Assembly: GCA_964518565.1 (NCBI GenBank)
Contig: CAZFGX010000001.1
Span: 460,470 to 524,469 of the forward strand
From: an uncultured Gammaproteobacteria bacterium
GTDB lineage: Bacteria; Patescibacteriota; Microgenomatia; CAZETR01; Amesbacteraceae
Reading direction: 5' to 3'
Length of the DNA stretch: 64,000 nt
Positions 18,848 to 28,059 of the stretch are shown here, one piece after another; positions within the stretch are counted from its first letter, which is position 1; each line of letters begins with the position of its first letter. Below the pieces are notes generated by a model. It was given only the letters and a program-made list of their open reading frames with translations. It was not told the origin of the DNA and did no database searches. The translations under genes were made by a program, and so were the position numbers.

Positions 18848-19231
18848 ATGACAGGGTATGTAGCAGATATCGAAAAGTTAACAGAAGAAAACCAAAACTT
18901 TAGACAAGTCTTGTTTACCAGTCAACATGTCCAAGTCGTTGTCATGCACCTTCAGCCAAAAGAGTCTATTGGAGTAGAGGTTCATGAAGTGGTGGACCAA
19001 TTTCTACGCATCGAGCACGGAGAGGGAGTAGTAATAATGAACGATCAAGAACATTCTATTAAATCAGGCTATGCAATAGTTGTGCCTGCCGGCACAAAAC
19101 ACAATGTCATAAACACATCTTCTACCGAGTCGTTGAATCTCTACACAGTCTACTCACCTCCACACCACAAAGATAAGATCATCCACAAAACAAAACAAGC
19201 GAGCCAGTCAGACACGACCGATCATATCTAA
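18848..19231 (+). CDS. cupin domain protein
   Basis: EVH..DQFL.IE.G.G and VPAGTKHNV motifs. Confidence 0.88.
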   Translation: MTGYVADIEKLTEENQNFRQVLFTSQHVQVVVMHLQPKESIGVEVHEVVDQFLRIEHGEGVVIMNDQEHSIKSGYAIVVPAGTKHNVINTSSTESLNLYTVYSPPHHKDKIIHKTKQASQSDTTDHI

Positions 19232-19234
19232 CTT

Positions 19235-19813
19235 CTAAAATAGTGTCTTAATAAAAGCTAGAAACGTTTGTTTATGATGATAAAACACATATCCATTAAG
19301 AAATAATAGTCCTGGAAATATAAACGCTTTCTCTGCTAGTGCTCCGGTTGTCACTCTCAAACTACGAATAGGTGGAAAGCCCAATTTCCATTGAATAGGA
19401 AACACCCAAGGCACCCCTTCTTTTGTCAGACTATCTGCCACCAAATGAGATAAAAAGCCGATCATAAATGCCCACCATACAACATTCATATCTACTAAAA
19501 TTACGCCCTGCACTTTGATTAATAGCCACCATAGAGCTTTGCCTACGAGCCACATACCCAAGAGTGAATGTGTAATAAACCGATGGCTACCAAACGTAGG
19601 GTGGACTACTCGTCCAAGAATCGATCCCGATCCAGCTGGCATTCGCTGCCAAAGCTCTGAAGAAGGTTCATCTAGATCCGGCGCCAATCCTCCGAGAAAC
19701 AATGCTATCACTCCAGCGATAGCCGTCGCTATACTCATAGCAGGAATTGGGAAGTAGGCAATGGCCAATACACCTAACGTAGCTGCAAACAGATCATGGG
19801 TTCGGGCAGTCAT
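19235..19813 (-). CDS. YdjM-like membrane metal-dependent hydrolase
   Basis: TH, PDLD, HRFITHS, SHLVAD motifs. Confidence 0.85.
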   Translation of the reverse strand: MTARTHDLFAATLGVLAIAYFPIPAMSIATAIAGVIALFLGGLAPDLDEPSSELWQRMPAGSGSILGRVVHPTFGSHRFITHSLLGMWLVGKALWWLLIKVQGVILVDMNVVWWAFMIGFLSHLVADSLTKEGVPWVFPIQWKLGFPPIRSLRVTTGALAEKAFIFPGLLFLNGYVFYHHKQTFLAFIKTLF

Positions 19814-19819
19814 GTGAAG

Positions 19820-20917
19820 TTATTTTTTACAGTCAGTACCCAGACCTCCGACGCAATTTTCAGTCGGAGCCTTACCTCGTTCAGGACATTTTTCCGAGTA
19901 AATACAGGCCTTGTCAGATACCAATGCCAGTTGAGTAGCTGTCAGTTCTGTATTAGACAATGCCAATTTATCAGCATCTTTAAACTCATATGCTTTCCAA
20001 TCACCATCATATTTGCTCCCATTTATATATAGCAGAGTAGGGGTTTTACTTTTTAGACTCAAGGAGTCATAAAATGTGCCCAATGTTGCGGCAGATTTAT
20101 GTTTATGAATCATTTCTCCAAAGCCGTCATGGATATGGATGTCTGGATTTTTTTCGTTATACATTGCAAAAGACAGTGACATTTTTCTGCCATCTACAAA
20201 CAAAACAAAATCCGCATGTTCATGGACTTTTTGATCAGAAATTGGTGTAGGCGTAATTTTTTGTTTGAAATCTCGAACTAGCGATGCAAAAGCATCGTAA
20301 CTTCCAGGCAATTCAATTAATCGGCCGTTAACAAAAAATGTCGGAGTCCCTGTAATCCTTAAAGCATCACCTGACAATTGATCATCGTGAACTTTTTTCT
20401 CGATTTCAGTTGAGGCAAAGTCTTTTTTAAATGTTTCGACATTTAAATTTAGTGATTTTGCATAGTCAGAAAAAGTCGCTAGCTCATCTTTTGTCTTGTT
20501 CCATTCATCTTGCTTGTCATATAGTAGTTCATGCATTTCCCAATATTTGCCTTGCTTATTAGCCGCTTCGGCCGCTTTTGCAGCACCCCAGGCATGTTGA
20601 TGAATTTGTGTTAGGGGATAATTTCTATACACCAAGCGTGCAGAATCTTTAAATTCATCCAAAAGTCTTTTTACAATCGGCTGATATGCCTTACATGATG
20701 GACATTGAAAATCTCCATACTCCACTATAGTAATCTGTGCATTTTGTGGACCCACTACGTGATCCATCGAACCAACTTCCAATTCCTTTGGCATGACAAA
20801 ATTTGTATCGTTCAAATTTGCCGTTGGACTGGGTTTAATTCTACCTGCAGACCATATACCAATACCGATTAACACCAGACAAAAAGCGGCTACTGCCAAA
20901 ATTATCCGTTTATCCAT
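19820..20917 (-). CDS. DsbA-family oxidoreductase with extra His/Cys-rich C-terminal domain
   Basis: EYGDFQCPSC, GTPTF; start set at MDKRII (TACAAT 6 nt upstream). Confidence 0.88.
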   Translation of the reverse strand: MDKRIILAVAAFCLVLIGIGIWSAGRIKPSPTANLNDTNFVMPKELEVGSMDHVVGPQNAQITIVEYGDFQCPSCKAYQPIVKRLLDEFKDSARLVYRNYPLTQIHQHAWGAAKAAEAANKQGKYWEMHELLYDKQDEWNKTKDELATFSDYAKSLNLNVETFKKDFASTEIEKKVHDDQLSGDALRITGTPTFFVNGRLIELPGSYDAFASLVRDFKQKITPTPISDQKVHEHADFVLFVDGRKMSLSFAMYNEKNPDIHIHDGFGEMIHKHKSAATLGTFYDSLSLKSKTPTLLYINGSKYDGDWKAYEFKDADKLALSNTELTATQLALVSDKACIYSEKCPERGKAPTENCVGGLGTDCKK

Positions 20918-20935
20918 GACCGAATTGTAGCACAA

Positions 20936-22150
20936 CTATGGTGTAGGTGTCGGATCCAGCGTCCGATTAAATGTGATGGTAAATGCTGATGTAAAAATAG
21001 ATTGAAATATGGATTTAAATGATTCAGCCAATGATTCTGCATTCGCATTTACAAAAGGTGGTTGTTTGACATAGTCCGGATTACTAAATACATCCATGGT
21101 CAATTGATAAGCATTTTTAATAGTAGATGGGTCGTATGCATTTTGCTCAGCTACTGTCACGGCATAGACGTCTACTTGTGGTAAACGAGTTCCAAATATA
21201 CCCGTACCACTCCAATCTTTATTCGTAGTTGCCAAACTACACTTTAAATTATTTACCGCCTGAATCGTACATGCACCAGTATCTTCTGGCTCACTACATT
21301 GGGTTACTCCACAAGCCAGATCCGTCCTTGTCGTGTTTGGAAGTCCATCAGTAAATAAGATATATGCTTTTTTGACCCGAACATTATCGGTAAAATATGT
21401 CCGATTCAAAATAAGACCCGAATCGCCCAAATTTGTCCCAGCATTTCCTGGAATATCCATAAGACCTGTTGTGCGACAAAGCGGACTATTGGAAACAGAG
21501 TTCCAAGTACCAGAATTATCTACCAAATTTTGCAAACGAGAAAGATCATTGGTTGGCTTTACTTGTCCCAAACTATCAGTCGCCCAAGCAGCTGTACGTT
21601 GAAATGGCATGAGTCCTAAATAAAATTTGTCTCGAGTCGCAACAGGAGTAATGTTTGTAATCTCTCTAATAAATGCGCTTAACGCCTTTTGCAATTGGTA
21701 TATTCTAGATGTTCCACAGGTCGGACATGCTTTACTATTCATACTTGGTGAACAATCAATCCCCATGGCAATCTCTACTTTGTCAAAGTTTACAGTGCCT
21801 TCACCAGAATTTGTTTTGGTCAGTTGAAAACTTGTAGATGCATATGGCCAGCGAGCCAAAAAATCTAATGTCCGATTTTCAGATGTGCCAGTGGCTGTGA
21901 CTTGGAGTGATTGTCCTGGGCCAAAATTACGCAAATAATTTGAACCCATATCAAAATTGGGATATTTTAAATATCGGTGCACCAAATCAAATACTTCTGA
22001 TTCAGCAGCGTAGTCTGCTGCCAAAATGTCCGACAAAGAACGATGACGATAAACTGCCAACAATAGACGCGACTGCCAAGTAAACACGATGAACAACGCG
22101 ACAATCGAAATCATAATGACAATAATGATTGTGGCAATTCCTTTTTTCAT
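20936..22150 (-). CDS. PilX/GspK-like minor pilin with vWA domain (cassette 2)
   Basis: KG|IATIII signal, DCSPS..GTN..FTDG; paralog of 16098-17321. Confidence 0.75.
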   Translation of the reverse strand: MKKGIATIIIVIMISIVALFIVFTWQSRLLLAVYRHRSLSDILAADYAAESEVFDLVHRYLKYPNFDMGSNYLRNFGPGQSLQVTATGTSENRTLDFLARWPYASTSFQLTKTNSGEGTVNFDKVEIAMGIDCSPSMNSKACPTCGTSRIYQLQKALSAFIREITNITPVATRDKFYLGLMPFQRTAAWATDSLGQVKPTNDLSRLQNLVDNSGTWNSVSNSPLCRTTGLMDIPGNAGTNLGDSGLILNRTYFTDNVRVKKAYILFTDGLPNTTRTDLACGVTQCSEPEDTGACTIQAVNNLKCSLATTNKDWSGTGIFGTRLPQVDVYAVTVAEQNAYDPSTIKNAYQLTMDVFSNPDYVKQPPFVNANAESLAESFKSIFQSIFTSAFTITFNRTLDPTPTP

Positions 22151-22662
22151 TGTGTGATTGTTTGTTTACGGTTAGATGCAATAAATGAAAAAGTATCCTT
22201 CAAAATACTCGAGCCCTTTGCTTGTAATTCTATATCGATTGAATAACTAGGATAAGGTGAAATCCAAGCAGATCCATCCCAACTGCGTACGGCTGACCGA
22301 TCGCACACCAAAAATCTATTTACTTGTACATTGGCAGAGGTCAGAGCAGATCCTGCCCTTTGTAGAGACTGATTATTTACAGCATATACAACCGTATCAA
22401 TCGTCAGCGATGAGTTTTGCATTGAGCTCGAATTGCAATCACAATTCTGACAACTAAACACCTTTCCCCAGCGTATGGCATTTGATAAATCTGTAGAAAT
22501 ATCATTCTTAGTCTGCTCAAAGAGTTCCTGAGACTTACTGGATTGATTCGTCCCAGTAATATTTAACAAAAATCCTGAAACCACCAAGAACACGATACTA
22601 GACATGGCTAATGCCACCAATATTTCAAGTAGTGTCATACCTGGTTGTAGAGTAGTTTTCAT
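22147..22662 (-). CDS. minor pilin (PilW-like)
   Basis: PG|MTLLEIL; shares EQ.KND...L.NAI.WG with 17318-17818. Confidence 0.85.
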   Translation of the reverse strand: MKTTLQPGMTLLEILVALAMSSIVFLVVSGFLLNITGTNQSSKSQELFEQTKNDISTDLSNAIRWGKVFSCQNCDCNSSSMQNSSLTIDTVVYAVNNQSLQRAGSALTSANVQVNRFLVCDRSAVRSWDGSAWISPYPSYSIDIELQAKGSSILKDTFSFIASNRKQTITQ

Positions 22663-23186
22663 AATTTTGTAATGAGTAAAGTAGCCTGAATATGTTTAGG
22701 TGCCAATTTTTCCCGCCAATCAACAGACGTAGTGACCAATTTACTGTCTGGATCGATTGCGTATCCAGCATCACACCCAGGATTTGGTTCAGGTGGTGAT
22801 TGCAATTTGCCCTGATCTTCGCCAGTCCCATTAACCAACCTACATACAGGCGATACACGTATAGTTCGGCCAAACATACCTACTTCATCCACTTCACCTA
22901 CTGCCATTGGCACCAGCGTCCAACCATCTGGAGAAGTACCGTCCCCAGGATCAGTCCGCGAAACTGCATAACGATAATTACCTTCACCAAAACTATCCCA
23001 ATCATCTAAAAATACGTTATAAGCCACCTCTGCCCCTTGCTGCAAAATTATCGCCGCCTGACTATCGTATTGGAGTTGTTTACTTCTGGTAATTAGCCAA
23101 CCCACAACTGGATACACACTCACAAAAATGACTACAAGCATTGCCACAGACAAAACCACTTCCAACAATGTCACACCTGATTTCAT
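22659..23186 (-). CDS. minor pilin (PilV-like)
   Basis: SG|VTLLEVV; shares LQQ..E.AYNVFL..W with 17815-18339. Confidence 0.85.
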   Translation of the reverse strand: MKSGVTLLEVVLSVAMLVVIFVSVYPVVGWLITRSKQLQYDSQAAIILQQGAEVAYNVFLDDWDSFGEGNYRYAVSRTDPGDGTSPDGWTLVPMAVGEVDEVGMFGRTIRVSPVCRLVNGTGEDQGKLQSPPEPNPGCDAGYAIDPDSKLVTTSVDWREKLAPKHIQATLLITKL

Positions 23187-23629
23187 GGACCCACCTCCAC
23201 AATACCCGTTGCGCTGATACGCACCTGAATGGTTTTTGCATTTGGTGCCCGTAAAATAATTGTTTTCGCCGTAGTGTTACCTGTCCCTTTCTCAAACCAG
23301 ATGCTAAACATAGCTCCAGAAAAAACCAGTGGATTTTCTATCGAATATTCAGCCTGATTAGATGGAGACGGATCAGAGCTAGAGGTACGCGAACGGAATC
23401 GGTATGTAGTTGCATCCTGCTGGGTGACACCCCACTCCTTATTATCTTTGGCTTCGCGAGCAAAAATATGTGCCTGTGTCAAAACGTTTTTCAATTTTTC
23501 TGCCGAAGAGTTTAATGCCTGGTTGTTTCGCATTGAAGAGATGACAAAAAAACTTGGCACACTCACAATTCCAACAATTGCAATTACAATCAGTAACTCA
23601 ATGAGGGTCATGGCAGCAGCAAATTTCAT
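23183..23629 (-). CDS. minor pilin (FimT/GspH-like)
   Basis: A|MTLIELLIV motif. Confidence 0.8.
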   Translation of the reverse strand: MKFAAAMTLIELLIVIAIVGIVSVPSFFVISSMRNNQALNSSAEKLKNVLTQAHIFAREAKDNKEWGVTQQDATTYRFRSRTSSSDPSPSNQAEYSIENPLVFSGAMFSIWFEKGTGNTTAKTIILRAPNAKTIQVRISATGIVEVGP

Positions 23630-23638
23630 AAACTAATA

Positions 23639-24106
23639 CTAGCGTATCAAAACTTCAGCTCTGGTGCTAATAATAGGCAAATCTGGCACGATTGTTTTGA
23701 TACTCTCTGCAGGAATAGATACATGATACGTTCCAGGTACATCAGCTACACCCTCAATACTCCCTAGGCGAACTGTACCTGAAAATGCCTGTGAATACAT
23801 GAGTGTACTAGAAGTCAAAGAAATAGCTGGGTCAGCCTTAATTGTGCCTGACACTTGCGGAATAATCCCATACTTATCTTTATATTGACCCATGATATAA
23901 AAATGAAACTTTTGCCCAGGCGCAGCAACTACTGCTGGTGGATCAAACCAGATCCGTAATTTACCTGCTTCTTCGTCTGCTTTTACAAAAAAAGGTAGAT
24001 CACCTTTATTTAATACTCCTGCAATCAAGACCGGTAAAAACGCCGCAATTCCCACTACACCAAAAAACATGCTTTTCGCTTTTGATTCAGCCCGAAACAT
24101 ATCCAT
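23639..24106 (-). CDS. hypothetical membrane-anchored Ig/cohesin-like protein
   Basis: TM segment followed by beta-rich domain. Confidence 0.55.
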   Translation of the reverse strand: MDMFRAESKAKSMFFGVVGIAAFLPVLIAGVLNKGDLPFFVKADEEAGKLRIWFDPPAVVAAPGQKFHFYIMGQYKDKYGIIPQVSGTIKADPAISLTSSTLMYSQAFSGTVRLGSIEGVADVPGTYHVSIPAESIKTIVPDLPIISTRAEVLIR

Positions 24107-24147
24107 ACCGTATATAGTTATACAGTATTTTTAGCCCTCAAAACTAG

Positions 24148-24222
24148 TCGGGGATAGAGGACTCGAACCTCCGACCTCACGCTCCCAAAGCGCGCGCTCT
24201 AAGCCAACTGAGCTAATCCCCG
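24148..24222 (-). tRNA. tRNA-Pro(TGG)
   Basis: CGGGGAT acceptor, loop TTTGGGA. Confidence 0.93.
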
Positions 24223-24244
24223 GCAAGACAAATTTTACTACAAA

Positions 24245-24622
24245 TTACAATTGCGCGTATAAATCCACTTGATAACCGTCTGGATCAGCCACCACAGCAT
24301 ATCGCTGACCCCAAAACGCATCCCATGGCGATTTGACTACAGTATAGCCAAATTCAGCTACTTGAGCTGCAATACGGTCTACTTCTGTAGCAGAGTCGTA
24401 TTGAATGGCAAAATGTGAATGGTTTCCCGGTTTTGGATCTTGGCCTATCAAAGACTCTACCAAATTCCGACTATCAATCATCAATCGTGCCGCACCCGAA
24501 TTGGTCGCCTCGACGTGCTGTTCATCGGTTGCAAGTTGGGGAAATTCAAATCCCAATACTCGATAAAACGCTACCGTCTTGGCCATATCCGACGCACACA
24601 CTCCTACAGCATTTAGATTCAT
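24245..24622 (-). CDS. VOC/glyoxalase family protein
   Basis: PWDAFWGQRYAVVADPDG motif. Confidence 0.9.
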   Translation of the reverse strand: MNLNAVGVCASDMAKTVAFYRVLGFEFPQLATDEQHVEATNSGAARLMIDSRNLVESLIGQDPKPGNHSHFAIQYDSATEVDRIAAQVAEFGYTVVKSPWDAFWGQRYAVVADPDGYQVDLYAQL

Positions 24623-24630
24623 AATCTCAG

Positions 24631-24701
24631 AGCGGGTGAGGAGAATCGAACTCCCGCATCCTCCTTGGCAAGGAGGTGTTCTACCATTGAACTACACCCG
24701 C
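24631..24701 (-). tRNA. tRNA-Gly(GCC)
   Basis: cloverleaf, loop TTGCCAA. Confidence 0.94.
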
Positions 24702-24752
24702 AGGTCGGCTTATTTTACACGAGTCTGTTTCCGCGATAAAGTACAAGCACTG

Positions 24753-26189
24753 ATGAGCTGGAAATTGTTAGGTTTTTTTGTGCTTGGTTTACTCATTCGT
24801 TTTCTCTATTTTCCCAACGATATTTCATTTATTTACGACCAGGCCAGAGATGCATATGCCGCTCAAGAGCTGCTTCATGCAAACCTAAAAATAGTCGGTC
24901 CACCCACCGCTATTCCTGGCTTGTACCACGGCAGTCTTTTTTATTATCTACATGCACCGCTATTATTAGTCTCTCACGGTAATCCAGAATTTATCTCCGC
25001 GTGTATGCGGCTCTACAATGCATTGGGGATAATTCTTATATTTTTTGTAGCCAAAAAGATTTTCGACTGGCGCACAGGACTTATTTCCTCTCTAATATTT
25101 ACCACCTCCTTCGAACAAACCCAATTTGCTATGTTTCTTGGCCACCCTGCATTTGCTGTTCTGTCTGTATTGGGCTTTTATTATGGTCTCGCTATCTCCC
25201 TACCATTGGCTGCATTTTGTTTGGGCATGGCAATCCAATTTCACTTTGCCATGATCAGCCTCATACCTGTGTTTCTTATTTGGCTCATCTTTCATCGCCA
25301 GACATACTCAAGGAAAATATATCTTCAGACACTTCTTGCCGCTGTTATATCGCTGAGCACTTTTATTCTCGCCGAATTCAAATTTCATTTTCGTACACTA
25401 AAAACACTCTCCACCTTAGCTCATACATCATCTGGTCAAGGGCTTCACATATCAAATTTATTTCACATTTTCGTTCGTTATATCCAAGACAATCTAGCGA
25501 CTACATCAATAATTGTTTACCTAGTAGCCATTGTGTTACTTTTTGCCTTTGCATATACGAGAAAAAAGATCTTAATTTTGTGGCTATTAGCAGGTCTAGT
25601 GCCGTACGTGTTCGATCATTCATCTATCCCTATTTACTATTACACGATTGGCGGTTCATTGAGTGTAATTATTATGTCTGCCTATCTGATCAATAAACTT
25701 CCTCAAATTGCTCGAACTTTAATCCTATTTTTCATCATCTATACAAACCTGATCCACATCACTCAAACAAATAGAATTGGCGTCATGCCAGAAATTACGG
25801 TCCAATCTGGCATGCTACTTTCAGATCAAAAACAGCTCATTGATGCTGCGTACCAGCAAAGCGATGGTCAACCATTTGCGATAAATGCTGTCACAATTCC
25901 ATATCAAATAAATACTACGTGGAGCTATCTATTTGAATGGTATGGTAAATCAAAGTATGGATATCTACCAATCTGGTCCAGTGAAACAGCAATAGGCTAT
26001 GCAGGCAATCTACCACTTCAAACAAACAGATCACTCCTACCAGCAAAACGCTTTACCATTATCGAGCCAGATAGGGGACTAGACTCTCGACTAAAAAAGC
26101 AATATCTAGAAAAAGAAAATATTTTTACGACAGTAGTTTCAGAAAAAAAAATCGGCCGCCTGACACTCCAGATCAGGGAAAAGAAATAA
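24753..26189 (+). CDS. GT-C (PMT/ArnT-like) membrane glycosyltransferase
   Basis: YDQARD loop after TM1, many TM helices; start moved to MSWKLL. Confidence 0.8.
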   Translation: MSWKLLGFFVLGLLIRFLYFPNDISFIYDQARDAYAAQELLHANLKIVGPPTAIPGLYHGSLFYYLHAPLLLVSHGNPEFISACMRLYNALGIILIFFVAKKIFDWRTGLISSLIFTTSFEQTQFAMFLGHPAFAVLSVLGFYYGLAISLPLAAFCLGMAIQFHFAMISLIPVFLIWLIFHRQTYSRKIYLQTLLAAVISLSTFILAEFKFHFRTLKTLSTLAHTSSGQGLHISNLFHIFVRYIQDNLATTSIIVYLVAIVLLFAFAYTRKKILILWLLAGLVPYVFDHSSIPIYYYTIGGSLSVIIMSAYLINKLPQIARTLILFFIIYTNLIHITQTNRIGVMPEITVQSGMLLSDQKQLIDAAYQQSDGQPFAINAVTIPYQINTTWSYLFEWYGKSKYGYLPIWSSETAIGYAGNLPLQTNRSLLPAKRFTIIEPDRGLDSRLKKQYLEKENIFTTVVSEKKIGRLTLQIREKK

Positions 26190-26287
26190 GAATACGAACT
26201 ACTTTTGACACTGAGTGTATATTTATAAAGTTGGCACATTAAAACGAAACAAGTAAGAGAAAATGCAGTAAAAAAAGGAAACTAGAA

Positions 26288-26521
26288 ATGGCGAATAATC
26301 AACAAATTTCGCTTGAAGGGGAACTAATAACCTTTGGCGATTGTGAAGATCCGGATTACGAAGGGTGTAGTTTTGTGTCGATCGGTACAAGTTATAACCA
26401 TACGACCTTTATTGTAGATAATGAGGAGGCAACTATAGAGCAAATATACTCACGAGGAACAGACAGACAAGCGTGGGGTTTGATAGCAATAGCTATTACA
26501 ACTGGATATTGGGACGACTAA
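26288..26521 (+). CDS. small acidic hypothetical protein
   Basis: AAGGA SD upstream, terminator downstream. Confidence 0.55.
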   Translation: MANNQQISLEGELITFGDCEDPDYEGCSFVSIGTSYNHTTFIVDNEEATIEQIYSRGTDRQAWGLIAIAITTGYWDD

Positions 26522-26540
26522 AACAAAAAATGTGCCACAC

Positions 26541-26574
26541 TGCTCTCCGCCAAAAAAGCGGAGAGCAACTTTTT
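26541..26574. terminator. intrinsic terminator between convergent genes
   Basis: TGCTCTCCGC/GCGGAGAGCA 10-bp stem plus T run. Confidence 0.75.
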
Positions 26575-26911
26575 ATATTTCAAACAAATAAAATCTCAAA
26601 TCAAACCGATGAACAGTGGATTGGTCTTTTTGATCAGGAAAAATAAGGGCATGTTTCACTCCAATTGCTGTTTTTAACTGTTTCTCCCAATCAAACTTTT
26701 TTGAATTCCACCAGAAATCATGTAGTAAATCACTTTCAGCATTAACTAACAAAAATAATCCTTGATTTGTTTCAATTATTTCTCGCTGCATCTCGATATG
26801 TTTCGAGTTGTAGATGAGTGTGACTGGTTCAAGATGGTATGCTTTACCCATCAATCCAATTGAATAACTATCGAGAACCGATTGAATTTGTGTATTAGTT
26901 AAAGCTTGCAT
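26573..26911 (-). CDS. hypothetical protein starting right after tRNA-Leu(TAA)
   Basis: MQALTNTQ...; the upstream part of the track ORF is tRNA sequence. Confidence 0.6.
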   Translation of the reverse strand: MQALTNTQIQSVLDSYSIGLMGKAYHLEPVTLIYNSKHIEMQREIIETNQGLFLLVNAESDLLHDFWWNSKKFDWEKQLKTAIGVKHALIFPDQKDQSTVHRFDLRFYLFEI

Positions 26912-26912
26912 G

Positions 26913-26997
26913 TGCCGGGGGCGAGACTCGAACTCGCACGCAGTGTTAGCTGCGCGGGCTCTTAAGGCCCGTGTGTCTACCATTCCACCACCTCGGC
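26913..26997 (-). tRNA. tRNA-Leu(TAA)
   Basis: type II cloverleaf, loop CTTAAGA. Confidence 0.93.
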
Positions 26998-27026
26998 TTG
27001 GTATAATTCGGATTATATATCGGAAT

Positions 27027-27108
27027 GGGCCGGTGGTGAAACTGGTATACACGTACGCTTGAGGTGCGTATGCCGCAAGGTGTGGAGGTTCGAGTCCTCT
27101 CCGGCCCA
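27027..27108 (+). tRNA. tRNA-Leu(GAG)
   Basis: type II cloverleaf, loop TTGAGGT. Confidence 0.93.
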
Positions 27109-27167
27109 CACAACTTCCTCACGATTTTCCAAAGCACGTAAACAATTTGTAAAGGAGTGTTATAGAT

Positions 27168-27665
27168 ATGAAACAGGCAACAGATAATGTATGGTCAAAA
27201 GTAGTCACAGACCCTTCGTACGGCCAAATGTCAAAGAGAACTCAAGCAGCCACAAAGCCCTACATCAATCGACTTCCGGAAGTTCTAGCTCCAGTAAAGG
27301 ATGATCCATTTTCCTACAAATCACTCATAAACGCCAAGCTGTTGTTTCTCCAGTTTTCACTCAGTAGCGGCATGCTCGATGCTCATGTAAAAACCCTAAC
27401 CAAGGCCGAGTTGGGATTTTTTACACAACAAGGAGTGATTGAAGTGATTAAGGGCACACTCACTGATTTACTAGACAGATATGCGTCTACTGCTCGTGAT
27501 TTTGAAGAAATGCTCAAATCAAGTGGCATAACAGAACGCGACATGATCCTGTCTCCAGCTTTAGGCCTCGTCCCCGAAGCCAAAGCCTTATACCTCAAAG
27601 GTGAACTAACAATCGGCAAGCTGATCGAGATTCAGCCCATTCTGATTGTGAAAAACACCAAGTAG
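27168..27665 (+). CDS. hypothetical protein
   Basis: AAGGAG upstream, terminator downstream. Confidence 0.7.
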   Translation: MKQATDNVWSKVVTDPSYGQMSKRTQAATKPYINRLPEVLAPVKDDPFSYKSLINAKLLFLQFSLSSGMLDAHVKTLTKAELGFFTQQGVIEVIKGTLTDLLDRYASTARDFEEMLKSSGITERDMILSPALGLVPEAKALYLKGELTIGKLIEIQPILIVKNTK

Positions 27666-27676
27666 TTTTCAATCCC

Positions 27677-27707
27677 TGCGCCGGCTAAAACCGGCGCATT
27701 TTTTTTT
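27677..27707 (+). terminator. intrinsic terminator
   Basis: TGCGCCGG/CCGGCGCA stem plus T9. Confidence 0.85.
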
Positions 27708-27738
27708 GGTATATAATTACATGTAGTTCAAGTAGTTC

Positions 27739-27821
27739 GGGCCGGTGGTGAAACTGGCATACACGTACGCTTCAGGTGCGTATGCCCAAAAGGCGTGGAG
27801 GTTCGACTCCTCTCCGGCCCA
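27739..27821 (+). tRNA. tRNA-Leu(CAG)
   Basis: type II cloverleaf, loop TTCAGGT. Confidence 0.93.
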
Positions 27822-27840
27822 CCGAAACCTTTTACAATTT

Positions 27841-27914
27841 GGACGATTAGCTCAGCTGGCTAGAGCATCGCTTTTACACAGCGGGGGTCGGGGGTTCAAG
27901 TCCCTCATCGTCCA
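27841..27914 (+). tRNA. tRNA-Val(TAC)
   Basis: cloverleaf, loop TTTACAC. Confidence 0.93.
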
Positions 27915-27978
27915 CACATTTGACTACAAACTTCAAGGGCTTTTTTTGTTTAATGATATAATTTTTTTGCCACAACAA

Positions 27979-28054
27979 GCCGAGTTAGCCAAGGTGGTCA
28001 CGGCGGGCGCCTGAAGAGCGTCAAATGGGGGTTCGACTCCCTCACTCGGCACCA
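27979..28054 (+). tRNA. tRNA-Phe(GAA)
   Basis: cloverleaf, loop CTGAAGA, encoded CCA. Confidence 0.92.
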
Positions 28055-28059
28055 AACCA

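Noticed and set aside
24579-24752. N-terminal extension of the glycosyltransferase ORF
   Set aside because: It overlaps tRNA-Gly(GCC) and the VOC gene; the start is more likely 24753.
25001-25696. 231-aa alternate-frame ORF inside the glycosyltransferase
   Set aside because: It is fully nested with no recognisable motifs, like the other shadow ORFs in the track.
26541-26567. Extra copy of the TCCGCC hairpin element
   Set aside because: The stem pairs differently and its position between convergent genes fits a terminator.
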